The notes under the pieces were generated by a model. The model did no database searches, had not been told where the DNA came from, and was given only the letters and a program-made list of their open reading frames with translations. Both the position numbers and the translations under genes were made by a program. Positions 1 to 10,449 of a stretch of 64,000 bases of DNA are shown here, piece by piece (positions within the stretch are counted from its first letter, which is position 1; the number at the start of each line of letters is the position of its first letter). Location of the stretch: positions 918 through 64,917 of IMG/VR virus record IMGVR_UViG_3300036802_000027. One strand, 5' to 3'. The stretch comes from a virus. Lineage: Duplodnaviria > Caudoviricetes.

Positions 1-259
1 CATATATAGCAGTAAGAACACGCTCACGTACCATCTGCGTAGTTATTTTACTAGCAGACTCAAATGCGACGGTTTGCGCTATTTCCCGCGTCAGTTGCGC
101 TTCGGACTCTGTTAACACTTCGAATGTTACTGTCAATGGGAAATCGAGACTAACGCGCGAAGTGGCGTCAGTTAGCGATTCAAAAGTAACGGAGAAGAAC
201 GTCTCCACCGAGTACGTGCGATTGTAGGCGAGACGGTTAAACGGCGCACGATTGAACAT
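1..259 (-). CDS. tail-associated structural protein, partial (runs off window start)
   Basis: AAGGAGG then ATG at 259; MFNRAPFNRLAYNRTYSVETFF, open to base 1; not in ORF track. Confidence 0.65.
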   Translation of the reverse strand, partial: MFNRAPFNRLAYNRTYSVETFFSVTFESLTDATSRVSLDFPLTVTFEVLTESEAQLTREIAQTVAFESASKITTQMVRERVLTAIY

Positions 260-319
260 TACGCACCTCCTTGAAACTAAAATAACCCCGGATCAGCTCC
301 GTAGGCATAAAAAAACGCC

Positions 320-445
320 TTATTCGGCGCTGTCTAGATCGTTATTAAGCAAAGCTTGCGTGTCAGCTAGCCAATTATTTTTAGTAGGCACATTTTCAAT
401 GGACCACTGTCCTGCCTTAATCAAGTTGTAATATATTTTCGACAT
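320..445 (-). CDS. small 41-aa tail-module protein (CD1375/XkdX-like)
   Basis: MSKIYYNLIKAGQWSIENVP; ATG overlaps stop of upstream gene; typical position after tail-fibre chaperone. Confidence 0.6.
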   Translation of the reverse strand: MSKIYYNLIKAGQWSIENVPTKNNWLADTQALLNNDLDSAE

Positions 446-903
446 TACGCCACGCCTCCCGTTACGATATTTGCCAATTCTGCGATAGCAAGCTGAGTTT
501 CTATTTTGTCGGTTTCATTTACTTTTACTAACTCAGCAACTGCCAGCATTAATTCGGTATTTTGTGCCTTTAATTCCTTTATCTGTTCCGTCAATGGGGT
601 TTGATGCACAGGATCGGGTAGCGCTGGTTCGTTCGGGTCCAAATAGAAGATTATAATTTTCTTTGTTATGGGATCGAACTTATAACCGGATGCTCGTTTA
701 AAGTCTTCTGCGTATTGACCATATTCAAAAGTAGTCATTTCTATTTTGTCTGGATCAAGACCTTTTAATTCTGTATATGTTTCAAAATCTTGCTCTTTGG
801 TCGTTTCAAATACAGGGCCATTCATCTCTTTTCGCTCAAGAATAATATTACCTGTATCCACACGCCAAAACATTCTACGACCTAGTTGATAAACAATTTC
901 CAC
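445..903 (-). CDS. tail fibre-associated protein (XkdW-like)
   Basis: AAGGAGG RBS; follows tail fibre; C-terminal 'IETQLAIAELA' coiled coil typical of this slot. Confidence 0.6.
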   Translation of the reverse strand: MEIVYQLGRRMFWRVDTGNIILERKEMNGPVFETTKEQDFETYTELKGLDPDKIEMTTFEYGQYAEDFKRASGYKFDPITKKIIIFYLDPNEPALPDPVHQTPLTEQIKELKAQNTELMLAVAELVKVNETDKIETQLAIAELANIVTGGVA

Positions 904-917
904 CGTAACCCCTCCTT

Positions 918-1925
918 TTAAGTGCCAAAAATGTAGTATTTCCGCGGAGCTCCAGTACTCGTGTTGACGCCTATGGTTAAAGTATAATTTATTGAATTTA
1001 TCCCAAAGACCACAGAGCTGAATTGCATAATTCCCGATAAGCCCCCTTCTGCGAGTAAATAATCAGGTGCAATGAAAGAAGTGTCATTTTTATAAGCAAT
1101 AACACTACCGCGTGCTAAGGCAGTCCCGCTACTATGGGACTTAGAAGTCACATCGCCAAATAAGACTATAGCAAATGGCTTGATTGCTAAGTTGGAGATT
1201 GTTGCTGATAAATTGGTGGTTGTAGTACCTGTCACGACTTGTATTCCACTACTTAACTGTCCAAGTTTAGCGACCAACGTACTCCAATCATCACTTGTGG
1301 ATGCGGAACCTCCCTTGGCGTTAATGACATCCACGACATCATTTTTCACATTAGCGCCAGATTGAAAAGCCGCATCTGCCCGATCCATTGCGGTTTTAAC
1401 TGCTTTTGGGGTAGCTGCTTCTACCTCGCTTGCGCTAGTAACACTTGAAGATAGCTGAGTATGTCCCTTTGTAGTTAACGTCGCAGTTTCCACCAAATGC
1501 ATAATAAGAGCATCGTCTAATTGCTTGACTGTTTTTGTATTTCCTAATCCTGCAAGAGTGTCTACTTTTGTCTGTGCGCCTGCTGGAGTTTCCGCCGCAC
1601 TTGCCAACGCGTAGACATCCTCGATATTCGTACGAAACGTATTATGGTCGTAAGCCGCAAAGTATCTCGCAGCCTTCGCACCTACCGCCCAAGCCTTCGC
1701 CGTCCCTTCGAATCCGCGCGTACATCCCGTTAAGTCATTTCCGCTAATTCCTTCATATCGCACTGTTTCCGCAGTGTCGTCCGAGCCAATCGTAAGTAAC
1801 CCTGGAGCCGCTGCCAGCTTTGACGTGTCTAGTACGCTAATTGTCGTTATTACTGCGTTGATTTCCGCGGATAACTCCGTCTCGGGCGAGTTAACTACCG
1901 CGCTGTACATTGGTAATTGCGCCAA
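918..1925 (-). CDS. tail fibre / receptor-binding protein
   Basis: tail-fibre repeat 'ATLTTKGHTQLSSSVTSASEVEAATPKAVK'; AT-rich divergent C-terminus. Confidence 0.75.
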   Translation of the reverse strand: MAQLPMYSAVVNSPETELSAEINAVITTISVLDTSKLAAAPGLLTIGSDDTAETVRYEGISGNDLTGCTRGFEGTAKAWAVGAKAARYFAAYDHNTFRTNIEDVYALASAAETPAGAQTKVDTLAGLGNTKTVKQLDDALIMHLVETATLTTKGHTQLSSSVTSASEVEAATPKAVKTAMDRADAAFQSGANVKNDVVDVINAKGGSASTSDDWSTLVAKLGQLSSGIQVVTGTTTTNLSATISNLAIKPFAIVLFGDVTSKSHSSGTALARGSVIAYKNDTSFIAPDYLLAEGGLSGIMQFSSVVFGINSINYTLTIGVNTSTGAPRKYYIFGT

Positions 1926-1938
1926 TTATTCCGCCTCC

Positions 1939-2346
1939 TTATTGTATAAAACTGACTTGAACGCTACTTGCGAGAAACTTCGGTTTGTCTCCGCTTTGGA
2001 TCGTACGTGCGCCACTCGTCGGTGTCGTTGTCCACATTAAATTTCCGCCAGTGAGCGCCGTCCGTATCCCGACGTGTGTTACAAGTCCCCAATCTGCGGT
2101 AGCAATCGGAAATTCAACGTCGGCCATACTCACGACTGTCTGCTTACCGCCCGCCACCGCCGGCGCTCCGAAGGTTACTGCCTTTCTTGCGTAACTACCT
2201 CCGCTAACTTCTGTTCCTGTATCCGCGGCAGTCGGGTCCGACGTATAAAGTGCAAGGAAAACTGTAGTAGGCGGAGTAAACGCCATATTACGTAAAGCCG
2301 CGTTAAGTAACTGCGCAGATAGCCAATTCGATATTTGTAGCGCCAT
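1939..2346 (-). CDS. virion tail/baseplate protein
   Basis: 'ALYTSDPTAADTGTEVSGGSYARKAVTF' motif common in phage tail genes; RBS. Confidence 0.7.
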   Translation of the reverse strand: MALQISNWLSAQLLNAALRNMAFTPPTTVFLALYTSDPTAADTGTEVSGGSYARKAVTFGAPAVAGGKQTVVSMADVEFPIATADWGLVTHVGIRTALTGGNLMWTTTPTSGARTIQSGDKPKFLASSVQVSFIQ

Positions 2347-2409
2347 TCGTATTCCTCCTTAAATTTGCGCACGAAAAAGCCCGCCAGTTAAGGCGAGCCA
2401 TGTGCGTAT

Positions 2410-2958
2410 TTATTCGATAATGTACTCGTTTGTAATCGTAAACCCGTTGATAACGTTAGCCCCTGTATTAGTCAGAACAATAATCGGTTTAGCCGGTACA
2501 TCCGCATCCGACGCAATCTCAATAGTTTGTGGCGATGCTGTTATCGTGACTTCGGTTACCTGTTCTTTACCGCTAGGCCACGGATCGTTCATACGCAACG
2601 TGACGTCATATAGTCGGCTTCCTGTCGACCCATTTAATGCGAGCGTACCTGCATATGTGGCGCGATAATACTTACCGGGCATGTCCGAGAACTCTAACGT
2701 TATGTCGCCGCGTTTAGCGTTGAATATACGGGCGACTTTCGCTAGAGTTGCGTGATATTGTTCGGGTCTCGTATTAATCTCAAGCGTTAGCCCGATCATG
2801 CGTGTTGTGTACGTGCTGCCGAAATCAACAACGCCGTCTGAGCCTGCAATCTTAACCGTATGTTCCTCAGCTTCCGGCAACACGGGAAGGCGCCGTTCAA
2901 ACAGCGATACGCCTAACGTTGTGATCGATACTCCATTTACCGTTACGTCGTAGATCAT
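2410..2958 (-). CDS. distal tail protein (Dit)
   Basis: immediately after tape measure; Sipho-tail-like sequence (PVLPEAEEHTVKIAGSDG). Confidence 0.8.
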   Translation of the reverse strand: MIYDVTVNGVSITTLGVSLFERRLPVLPEAEEHTVKIAGSDGVVDFGSTYTTRMIGLTLEINTRPEQYHATLAKVARIFNAKRGDITLEFSDMPGKYYRATYAGTLALNGSTGSRLYDVTLRMNDPWPSGKEQVTEVTITASPQTIEIASDADVPAKPIIVLTNTGANVINGFTITNEYIIE

Positions 2959-5900
2959 AACCCCTTCACTCCCAACGTCTGCGCTCGTGTGGCTACGCGT
3001 GCACGCTCGTCATATAGCGTTGTGATATCTGCTTTATCCGTCAGCTCAACGTCATTAACGCTCATGTCGATGTGATTCGTAATAGACGTTGTATTACTTA
3101 CACCACTGACTGACGGAGTTGCTAACGCATTACCGTTGAGCAATCCGAATAACGTCGCCTGTTGCGCGCTGTTTAGAATCATTTCACCAGCATGCGCAAT
3201 TACTGGAACAGCCGATCCGCTCGGCCCTTCGACTACGCCGCCTACTTTAAACGCCTGCAATTTACCGGTATCCTTCGTAATTCCGTACTGCTTACGAAGC
3301 TCCTCGTTACGAGCTGCTAATCGCGCCGCCTCCGACGTGTTTCCGCTAGCCTTCGCCGCTGTCCACGCGTCCTTGTTTGCGTTATACTCCGCAAGGTCAG
3401 AATCGCCTTGTGCCGCTGCTTTCACGGTGGTCAGCGTTGCCATTTTCGCATTGTATTCGGACACAAATGAGTCAAGCTGCGTAAGGATAGTCGCGTTAGC
3501 TGTAGCGCTTTGGTCAACGCGAAATGCGGAAACTGCTGCCTCTATCGTTTTAATGTCGCCACTATACTCGTCAAAGGCGGATTTCAACGCGTCATACTGC
3601 TTAGTTGTCGCATCCTTCTCCGCGTCGAACGCGTGAGTCTGCGTATCCTTCTCTTCTTGCAGCGCCGTCTTCTGCGCAGTCAACTCCGCTTTACGTAACT
3701 CGCGTTCGTGGTCAAGAATCATTTTATCGCGGTCTATAATCGCCTGTTCTCGTTCAGCAATACCGCCCGGTCCGACTGCGGATGCGAGTTCGTCGATGCG
3801 GGCGTTCTTCTCGCGTAGTTGCGTCTCGTAATCGATCTCCGAGTTCTGCTCCGCTTCTTTAGCGATGAGGTCGTCGATTGCCTTAATCTTCGCATCCTGT
3901 GCGGACACAAACGCGACTTTACGTTCTTCAATCGCGGCAAGGTCGGCTTTCTTCGCGTCGTCAATTGCGGCTTTCTGTTTCTTAACGAGCGCTTCCGCTA
4001 GTTTCTCCGTTTTCTCAACGAGTCCTTTTCGCGCTTGGTAAATCTCTTCGTCTGCCTTCTCGTAGTACTCCGAATCCATCTTGTATTTATCACGCAGCTT
4101 CGTCCAGGCTTCGAGTTTATACTTTGCAACTTCCGCTTCGGTAGCGCCGCTATCTTCGAGTCTACGCACTTCTTTAGCTATTAACTTTGTACGCTCACCG
4201 TAAAGCTCACGCTCCTGCGTCGCCGTTTCCTGCGCAACCTTTTTACGTGATTGGCGCACTTGGTCATCGGCAGATTTATACTCATCTGAATCCTTTTTAT
4301 AACGGTCACGTATGCGAGTCCATGCGGTTAATTTCGTCTGCGCAATCTGTAGCTCTGTCTTACCACTGTCCTCCATACGCTTCTCCTCTGCATCAATCCA
4401 TGTAGCTGAAAAGTCATAGCGTGCCTTAACGGTGTCTTCGTTCAACCGCTTAAGCTGTAGATTCAACGTTCGCGCGTCGTCTACGGATTCCTTCAAGAAT
4501 ACGGCGTGCTTCTTCTGCAGCGCCTCGTATTTCTTCATCTGATCCTCTGCAGATAGGTCGTAGATGTCTGATTGATAGCGAGTGGTTGCAAGGTCCGCGT
4601 CGTATGCTTTTTTACGTAGGTCGGCGGCTATCTCCGCAGGAGATTTCTCTTTCTTTGCCTTTTTTTCCTTCGCTGGCTTTTTACCCTTCGAAGTTTTAGC
4701 CTTTTTTTCCTTCGCTGGCTTCGAAAAGTCAACGCCGGAACCTGACGTTATTTTCCCCGTCGGAATTTCTCCGTTGCTTAACTTCGCGAGCGAGTCGTCC
4801 ATTTTACGCTGAGTAGCAGCGTATTCCTCCAAGCTTTTAGAAGCTTCCGATATTTTAGCGTCATTCTCGGCTTGCATCCGTTTGACACCTAAATCATAGA
4901 CACCTTGCGCGGGATTGTATATTCCAGTAGTCTGCGTCTTAACTGGACCTTCTGGGCCTATCTTTTTCGTGCCTCCGAGTGCAGCTTGCATGGCGCTAGA
5001 TAGTGCCTTGTAGTTCTTAATCTGTGCTTCAACCGAAGCACGCTGCGCTTCCGTCGTCACCTTTAAGTTGTTTATATATGTTTTAGACGAGCTAACATTT
5101 TGTGTTATAAAGTCGCGGTCTGCCTGTATCTGAGACGCCACCACATCAAGGTTGTCAATTCGAATACGGTTGTTATCATCCATAGTCGCGTTCAACTGCG
5201 GATACTCACCACGTAGTGCCTTAGTCAGCGCAATTAACTCTTGCTTCTGAGCTTCGTCAAGGCTCTGCGCGGACTGTAATTCGTTATAACGCTTGAGTGT
5301 TGTCTCCATCGCAGTGATCTTCTGATTCTTCGCTGCTAAGTCTGCTAACTCCGCTTCCTTTTCAGCAAACAACGCAGGTACGGAATTCTCAATAGCTGCG
5401 TTCATCTCATTGAGCTTTGCAGTCGCATCCTCTACGCCGTCATAGCCCATCCCACGTAGATTATCATCCATTTCTTCGAGTTGATCGTTGATATCCACCA
5501 TCTCGGCTATAAGTTGTGGAGTACCTTCGCCTATTTCCCCCAACGCTTCAATCTCGTTAATACGTTCCTGTAGTGCTGCGCGTTCGTCGAGCGCAGCCGA
5601 TAACTCTTCCGTCTTAACTCGTAACTCCTCTAATTCCGAAACAGTACGTGATGTAGGCGATTGATTCAGCGTTTCGTTAAGCGACTTCTGTGCTTCGTCA
5701 TGTTTCTTTACTGCATCGGATGCGGCGCTAGAGCTTGATACAAGTGCCGTAATACCCGCAACAACTAGCCCAACTGCCACAGAGACTGCGATCAAGACGG
5801 GAAAGGATATCTCAAGCGCCTTAATTGCAATTGTCACAGCACCTATTGTTGCGGCTAGTCCTAAAATTAATGGTACCGCCGCAGCAAACGCGATAATGGC

Positions 5901-7547
5901 GCTTTGTAGTATCGGATTTAGATTCGTAAATCCCGACAACATTCCGGTAATCATCTCAGTGACTCCGCGTATAGCCGGCGCAAATTTATCACCCACTACG
6001 ATTCCGACGCCTTCTAGTGCCGACTTCATCTCGGTGATAGCGCCCTTCAACGTGTCCATTTGCGTACCAGCTACGCGTTCAGCCGTTCCCCCTGCGTTCT
6101 CAAGCGATGCAGTATAGTTATCAAACGTAGACTGCCCGTTACTAATCAGTGTCAGTAGTCCAGCGGTGGCTTCGCGTCCGACTAGCGTTGCAGCTACATC
6201 TGCCTGTTGCACCTCTGTTAGTCGAGCAAATGCTCCCTGTAAATCGCCGATGATACTGGATAGTGGCTTAATATTACCAGCAGTGTCTGAGATACTTATG
6301 CCGAGCGTATCCATATACCCTGCGGCTTCTTTCGATGGTGACGCTAATGCAAGTAAGATCGCGCGCATTTGAGTTCCGGCCATCTCGCCCTTGATACCGG
6401 CGTTACTTAACTCACCTACGGCTGCGGTAGCCTCTTCTATACTGACGCCCATAGACGCAGCCACTGGCGCTAAATACTTCATAGCGAATCCTAAGTCCGT
6501 TACATCTGCGTTTGTATCGATACTAGACTTTGCTAATACGTCAACCAGTCGCCCCGTCTCTTCGGCAGCTAGTCCAAATCCGTTCAATACGGACGCGGTA
6601 ATATCCGCAGTCGTGGCGAGGTCGATCTGTCCAGCCGCCGCGAGCGAGAGAACGCCAGGCATTGCGGCGAGTATCTGATTGGTCTTCATTCCAGCTTGTG
6701 CTAGTAGAGCCTGCGCGTCCGCACTTTCAGCCGCGGTAAACTTCGTTGTCGCACCAAGCTTAAGCGCCTGATTACGTAAGCTTTCAAATTCGGCACCAGT
6801 AGCTTGCGAGATTGCTTTGACGTTAGCCATCGATTGCTCAAACTCCGCAGCAGCCGCTACCGACTTTGAGATAACCGCAGTCGTGGCGACAGCCAGTCCG
6901 ATATACGCAACGCCTAGCGCTTTTAGCTCTTTTTGTGCGGATGAGGCGCCGGTCGCACTACGCTCAATCGATTTTGTTACTTTATCGATATCTGCGTCAG
7001 TAGCGCCGAGCTCCTTCATTTCTGCGGTAACTTCCGCAATCTGACTCCGCAGTAATTCAGGATTAGCCTTTTTTAGCGACTTCTCTAGTGCGTCGATATC
7101 TGACGTGCGCACTCCGAGTTCCCTCAGATTGTCGCTGACACTTTTGAAACTAACCGCAGCTTTTCCGGCTCCATCTTCTAACGCCCATATCTTTTTTGCG
7201 GTGGAATCTGATGTTTGGGTCAGCCGCATCAAGGATGCTTCGGTGCTAGTAATCTGCTCCTGTAGTTTAGATTTCTGCGTGTCATTAAAGGTATTGTTGT
7301 AGGATTCTTTTAACTTTCCTAACTTCTGACGCTGCTGTTCTATCTTGATATTAGTGATTTCCAGCGTAGCTGCTAGAGGCGCAATCTTCTCCTTAACCGC
7401 ACCTAATCGCGCAAAGTCCGCCGCTGCCTGTTTCCCCTGCACACCTAACTCTTTAGCTTTCGCTTTCGCCTTATCGATACCTTCGTTAAACCCCGACACA
7501 TCAGCCGTAATTCGTGCAGATATCACGCCAACACTTGTAGATTCCAT
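2955..7547 (-). CDS. tail tape measure protein (TP901 family)
   Basis: ~1530 aa helical protein, TP901 core 'FEQSMANVKAIS...ALKLGATTKFTA'; start moved to ATG 7547 after GAGGTGAGG. Confidence 0.95.
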   Translation of the reverse strand: MESTSVGVISARITADVSGFNEGIDKAKAKAKELGVQGKQAAADFARLGAVKEKIAPLAATLEITNIKIEQQRQKLGKLKESYNNTFNDTQKSKLQEQITSTEASLMRLTQTSDSTAKKIWALEDGAGKAAVSFKSVSDNLRELGVRTSDIDALEKSLKKANPELLRSQIAEVTAEMKELGATDADIDKVTKSIERSATGASSAQKELKALGVAYIGLAVATTAVISKSVAAAAEFEQSMANVKAISQATGAEFESLRNQALKLGATTKFTAAESADAQALLAQAGMKTNQILAAMPGVLSLAAAGQIDLATTADITASVLNGFGLAAEETGRLVDVLAKSSIDTNADVTDLGFAMKYLAPVAASMGVSIEEATAAVGELSNAGIKGEMAGTQMRAILLALASPSKEAAGYMDTLGISISDTAGNIKPLSSIIGDLQGAFARLTEVQQADVAATLVGREATAGLLTLISNGQSTFDNYTASLENAGGTAERVAGTQMDTLKGAITEMKSALEGVGIVVGDKFAPAIRGVTEMITGMLSGFTNLNPILQSAIIAFAAAVPLILGLAATIGAVTIAIKALEISFPVLIAVSVAVGLVVAGITALVSSSSAASDAVKKHDEAQKSLNETLNQSPTSRTVSELEELRVKTEELSAALDERAALQERINEIEALGEIGEGTPQLIAEMVDINDQLEEMDDNLRGMGYDGVEDATAKLNEMNAAIENSVPALFAEKEAELADLAAKNQKITAMETTLKRYNELQSAQSLDEAQKQELIALTKALRGEYPQLNATMDDNNRIRIDNLDVVASQIQADRDFITQNVSSSKTYINNLKVTTEAQRASVEAQIKNYKALSSAMQAALGGTKKIGPEGPVKTQTTGIYNPAQGVYDLGVKRMQAENDAKISEASKSLEEYAATQRKMDDSLAKLSNGEIPTGKITSGSGVDFSKPAKEKKAKTSKGKKPAKEKKAKKEKSPAEIAADLRKKAYDADLATTRYQSDIYDLSAEDQMKKYEALQKKHAVFLKESVDDARTLNLQLKRLNEDTVKARYDFSATWIDAEEKRMEDSGKTELQIAQTKLTAWTRIRDRYKKDSDEYKSADDQVRQSRKKVAQETATQERELYGERTKLIAKEVRRLEDSGATEAEVAKYKLEAWTKLRDKYKMDSEYYEKADEEIYQARKGLVEKTEKLAEALVKKQKAAIDDAKKADLAAIEERKVAFVSAQDAKIKAIDDLIAKEAEQNSEIDYETQLREKNARIDELASAVGPGGIAEREQAIIDRDKMILDHERELRKAELTAQKTALQEEKDTQTHAFDAEKDATTKQYDALKSAFDEYSGDIKTIEAAVSAFRVDQSATANATILTQLDSFVSEYNAKMATLTTVKAAAQGDSDLAEYNANKDAWTAAKASGNTSEAARLAARNEELRKQYGITKDTGKLQAFKVGGVVEGPSGSAVPVIAHAGEMILNSAQQATLFGLLNGNALATPSVSGVSNTTSITNHIDMSVNDVELTDKADITTLYDERARVATRAQTLGVKGL

Positions 7548-7596
7548 AATTTTCCTCACCTCTTTCGTAGCAAAATAAAAACGCCCGATTAGGGCG

Positions 7597-7968
7597 TTAG
7601 ATTCCGGATTGCAATCGCATCCGCATATGTTCAAATCCTGACTCGTCAAACTCCGGCTTGTCCGCGACAGTTGCGCCAGCTATCCGTTGCAGTCCGTTGG
7701 TATATTTCGTAAATGCGTCGACATCCGTTGTATGTGACATGACGAGCGTTGTTAGTGTCTCAAGCGTTTGCTCTGCGTTGAATTTGCGGCTGGATTCGAG
7801 TACGTCAAATAAGTCCATAACGTAGTATCCATGTTCAAACTCAACCTGCGTTTTACCAAGCCGCGTTGCACAATCTATAAAGAACTGTGTAAACGTTAGT
7901 CTGCGTTCTGTTCCTCCACTGCTTTCGGCTGAATCCCTGATAGGTTCAGAACGCCTTGCACGTTTTTT
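7597..7968 (-). CDS. tail assembly chaperone C-terminal extension (G-T), reached by -1 frameshift
   Basis: -1 frame open from slippery A AAA AAC (7968-7962) to stop at 7597; lies between chaperone and tape measure. Confidence 0.65.
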   Translation of the reverse strand, partial: KKRARRSEPIRDSAESSGGTERRLTFTQFFIDCATRLGKTQVEFEHGYYVMDLFDVLESSRKFNAEQTLETLTTLVMSHTTDVDAFTKYTNGLQRIAGATVADKPEFDESGFEHMRMRLQSGI

Positions 7969-8318
7969 ATAAGTTCACCAAAGTTGTTTATCTTCGCGGT
8001 TTCTACGAAGAAGGTAAAAAGTTCATCGGCAGACGCGTTTTGCTTAATCCACTCCACGTCTAGTTCCGTGAGTAATGCGACGACTTGCGTAATGTCTTCA
8101 ACTGATTCACTTAAGGCTACGATTAAGTACCCTGCGCGTTCGGAAGGTGGCGCAGTAACTACGCTCATAAGCATCTGCGGCAGCGAATTTATAACGCCGA
8201 ATAGCTCTTGCCATTGTGAAATCGTAATCTTACGAATTGCTACAGACTTGGGGTTATCACGGCCTTCTCCGAATGATACTGATCCTATTGTGCTTTTATT
8301 TGAACGCATAAATCGCAT
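7896..8318 (-). CDS. tail assembly chaperone (G)
   Basis: between tail tube and tape measure; RBS AAGGAG. Confidence 0.75.
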   Translation of the reverse strand: MRFMRSNKSTIGSVSFGEGRDNPKSVAIRKITISQWQELFGVINSLPQMLMSVVTAPPSERAGYLIVALSESVEDITQVVALLTELDVEWIKQNASADELFTFFVETAKINNFGELIKNVQGVLNLSGIQPKAVEEQNAD

Positions 8319-8379
8319 TATATTCGCTCCTTATAAAGAAAATAGGCGACCCTAGTAGAGCCGCCTTATTGCGTAAAGT

Positions 8380-8910
8380 TTAAGGGGTTTGTGTAATTTT
8401 TTCATCGCCCAAGATGGCAATAATGTCGTCCTCATCCGGAGTCGAACGCAATACAATACTCGTGATTCTTTCATTTTCGTTGTTGTAATTGTACTGTAAG
8501 TCTGTTTCTGGATACGCGAGAGGCATCGTTACCCAATAATTAGGATCGTTGAGTTTCGCAACTGGCTTGATTATTACGGTTTTTGCGAGGTCAACAAGAT
8601 TTAATCCTACTCCCGTTTTGATGTTAACCTTTGAATCAGTCCCGGAAGTGACGATTTCCGTTCCGCCCATAATCTTCGGGATAATGGAAAGTTGATACTC
8701 GGCAAACGGCACCTCAACGCTAGCATTACGACCTGTGATCCGCTTTGATACAATAGTTTCGCCTTTTTGGTCAATCTTCTGCTCGCGATACGTCGTCTCA
8801 ACTGTGAAGTTAACTCCACCAATTGTTGTCTCAAATGACACCTTGTCTACGCCCGTACCATACTCTACGATTGCAGGACCTAACTCTATCTTGTTGACGT
8901 TAGAAGCCAT
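8380..8910 (-). CDS. major tail (tube) protein
   Basis: position, 176 aa beta-rich, 'IELGPAIVEYG...TIGGVNF'. Confidence 0.8.
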   Translation of the reverse strand: MASNVNKIELGPAIVEYGTGVDKVSFETTIGGVNFTVETTYREQKIDQKGETIVSKRITGRNASVEVPFAEYQLSIIPKIMGGTEIVTSGTDSKVNIKTGVGLNLVDLAKTVIIKPVAKLNDPNYWVTMPLAYPETDLQYNYNNENERITSIVLRSTPDEDDIIAILGDEKITQTP

Positions 8911-8956
8911 GTATTAATTCCCCCTTAGAAGATAAAAAGACGCCCAATTTGGACGC

Positions 8957-9325
8957 CTAGATTGTTGTTAATGTGAAGTTGAGTGAGTATTCTGTCCGGT
9001 TACTGCTGTCCTTACCGAGCCACCACGGAGCAGATTGATTCGCCGTGCATTTAACCACGCGTGTTGAACCGAAGTTAAACTCCACCTTGCCGTGTAAGTA
9101 CGTAAATAATGCGTTAGCTGTTGTCTCACTTACCGCCGGTAACTTCGAACGTACAACTATTTGGAACCCCGGATTCGCCTTCGACGTCCACTCGCTTGGT
9201 GCATACCCTCCGCTGATCCTCACGAGTGCGCAATCATCTGGACTAGTCGTTGTGAACTCGTTACCGACGTAGGTGTATGCGACTGCTGATCGCAAATGAG
9301 CGTTTATTTCCGCAACTGTTAACAC
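8957..9325 (-). CDS. tail terminator / minor capsid-type neck protein
   Basis: position; 'PGFQIVVRS' motif. Confidence 0.65.
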   Translation of the reverse strand: MLTVAEINAHLRSAVAYTYVGNEFTTTSPDDCALVRISGGYAPSEWTSKANPGFQIVVRSKLPAVSETTANALFTYLHGKVEFNFGSTRVVKCTANQSAPWWLGKDSSNRTEYSLNFTLTTI

Positions 9326-9732
9326 TACGATAGCCCCTCTCTGACTGCGTCCGTAATCATACGATGGTACCGCGTAGCGTTTAGCTTCAATGGACGCTCA
9401 AGGAATTTCGGACGCGTTCCAGGAGTGGTTGGGTCCTTGTATCTCCCCATCTCGTGCATGATTAACGCGTAGTTGTACCGACCCTTCCCATCTTCCTCCG
9501 TTGCTGAATAGACAACCTCGCCTGTGAGTGTACTACCATCGAAGCTAACGTTAGTAAACGCGGTGGTGCGTAGTGTCCCTTTATCTAACGGAGCTTCTTC
9601 GCGTGACACCGCAAGTAAATGGTCCATTGCGTCATGCACTCCGATAACAGCACTCGCCTTTACCTCTGCCTTTGTGTGGTCTGCAAACTTGAAGAAGCTT
9701 TCGAAATTAACCTCGAATGTATCGCCACTCAT
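9325..9732 (-). CDS. HK97 gp10-like tail completion protein
   Basis: 'APLDKGTLR...YALIMHE...KFLERP' motif. Confidence 0.75.
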   Translation of the reverse strand: MSGDTFEVNFESFFKFADHTKAEVKASAVIGVHDAMDHLLAVSREEAPLDKGTLRTTAFTNVSFDGSTLTGEVVYSATEEDGKGRYNYALIMHEMGRYKDPTTPGTRPKFLERPLKLNATRYHRMITDAVREGLS

Positions 9733-10064
9733 ACATGAACCTCCGTTAACAGAGGCTTACCGCCGATATCCCTGCGGACGCTAATGGATAACAGGCTGTA
9801 AGTTGTCTCCGCGCCTAGTTCGTTAGTGTGCGTGAGTAAATCGTTAATTGATATCGCTGCTAATCGATCGAAAAAGAATATCCCAATGCTTACTACCTCA
9901 TTGCCGTGTTGGTTGCGGACGAGTTTTACGGACTCCTGGAATCGGCACTTAACATCGTAGTTTTCACCGTACGCTGGAGTACCGTAGTCCTCATCTACTC
10001 CCGTAAAGGGTGAGATTGTGACGTTTTGTTTCATCGGAATTATCGCCATTACATCGTCACCCAC
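9729..10064 (-). CDS. head closure / neck protein
   Basis: position between adaptor and gp10-like gene. Confidence 0.6.
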   Translation of the reverse strand: MGDDVMAIIPMKQNVTISPFTGVDEDYGTPAYGENYDVKCRFQESVKLVRNQHGNEVVSIGIFFFDRLAAISINDLLTHTNELGAETTYSLLSISVRRDIGGKPLLTEVHV

Positions 10065-10435
10065 TTAGTTACTTTTTTACCTATCCGCACACCGTTCGCG
10101 TCGCCAATGATGTCGAGAGTTACTTCCGGTATCAACGCCTCTAGCCCCGTTTTCGCCCAATCCTTAAACGTAAAAGAAGCAACACCGGTAACGCCAAATG
10201 ACGCTATCCCTTGTTGCTGTAATTTGTTTGTATCATTGAATGCGATTGCCAATTCGTTAGCATACTCGTATACTGCTGCATCTGGTATCGTGTACTGAGC
10301 ATATTTGTGCGTAAGCGTACGTCCTGCGACCGTTACTATTCGTAGTTTTTTCGCGTCGTCTGCTTCCATCCAATCCTCGACACTTATACAATTTGCGTTA
10401 ATATACGATGATGCTTTCTCTACCGTTAGCGCCAT
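10049..10435 (-). CDS. head-tail adaptor
   Basis: position after capsid; helical, 'ASSYINANCISVEDW'. Confidence 0.6.
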   Translation of the reverse strand: MALTVEKASSYINANCISVEDWMEADDAKKLRIVTVAGRTLTHKYAQYTIPDAAVYEYANELAIAFNDTNKLQQQGIASFGVTGVASFTFKDWAKTGLEALIPEVTLDIIGDANGVRIGKKVTKWVTM

Positions 10436-10449
10436 GCAAACACCTCCGT

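Noticed and set aside
918-1250. Diversity-generating retroelement target in tail fibre C-terminus
   Set aside because: No reverse transcriptase and no second copy (template repeat) seen in the window.
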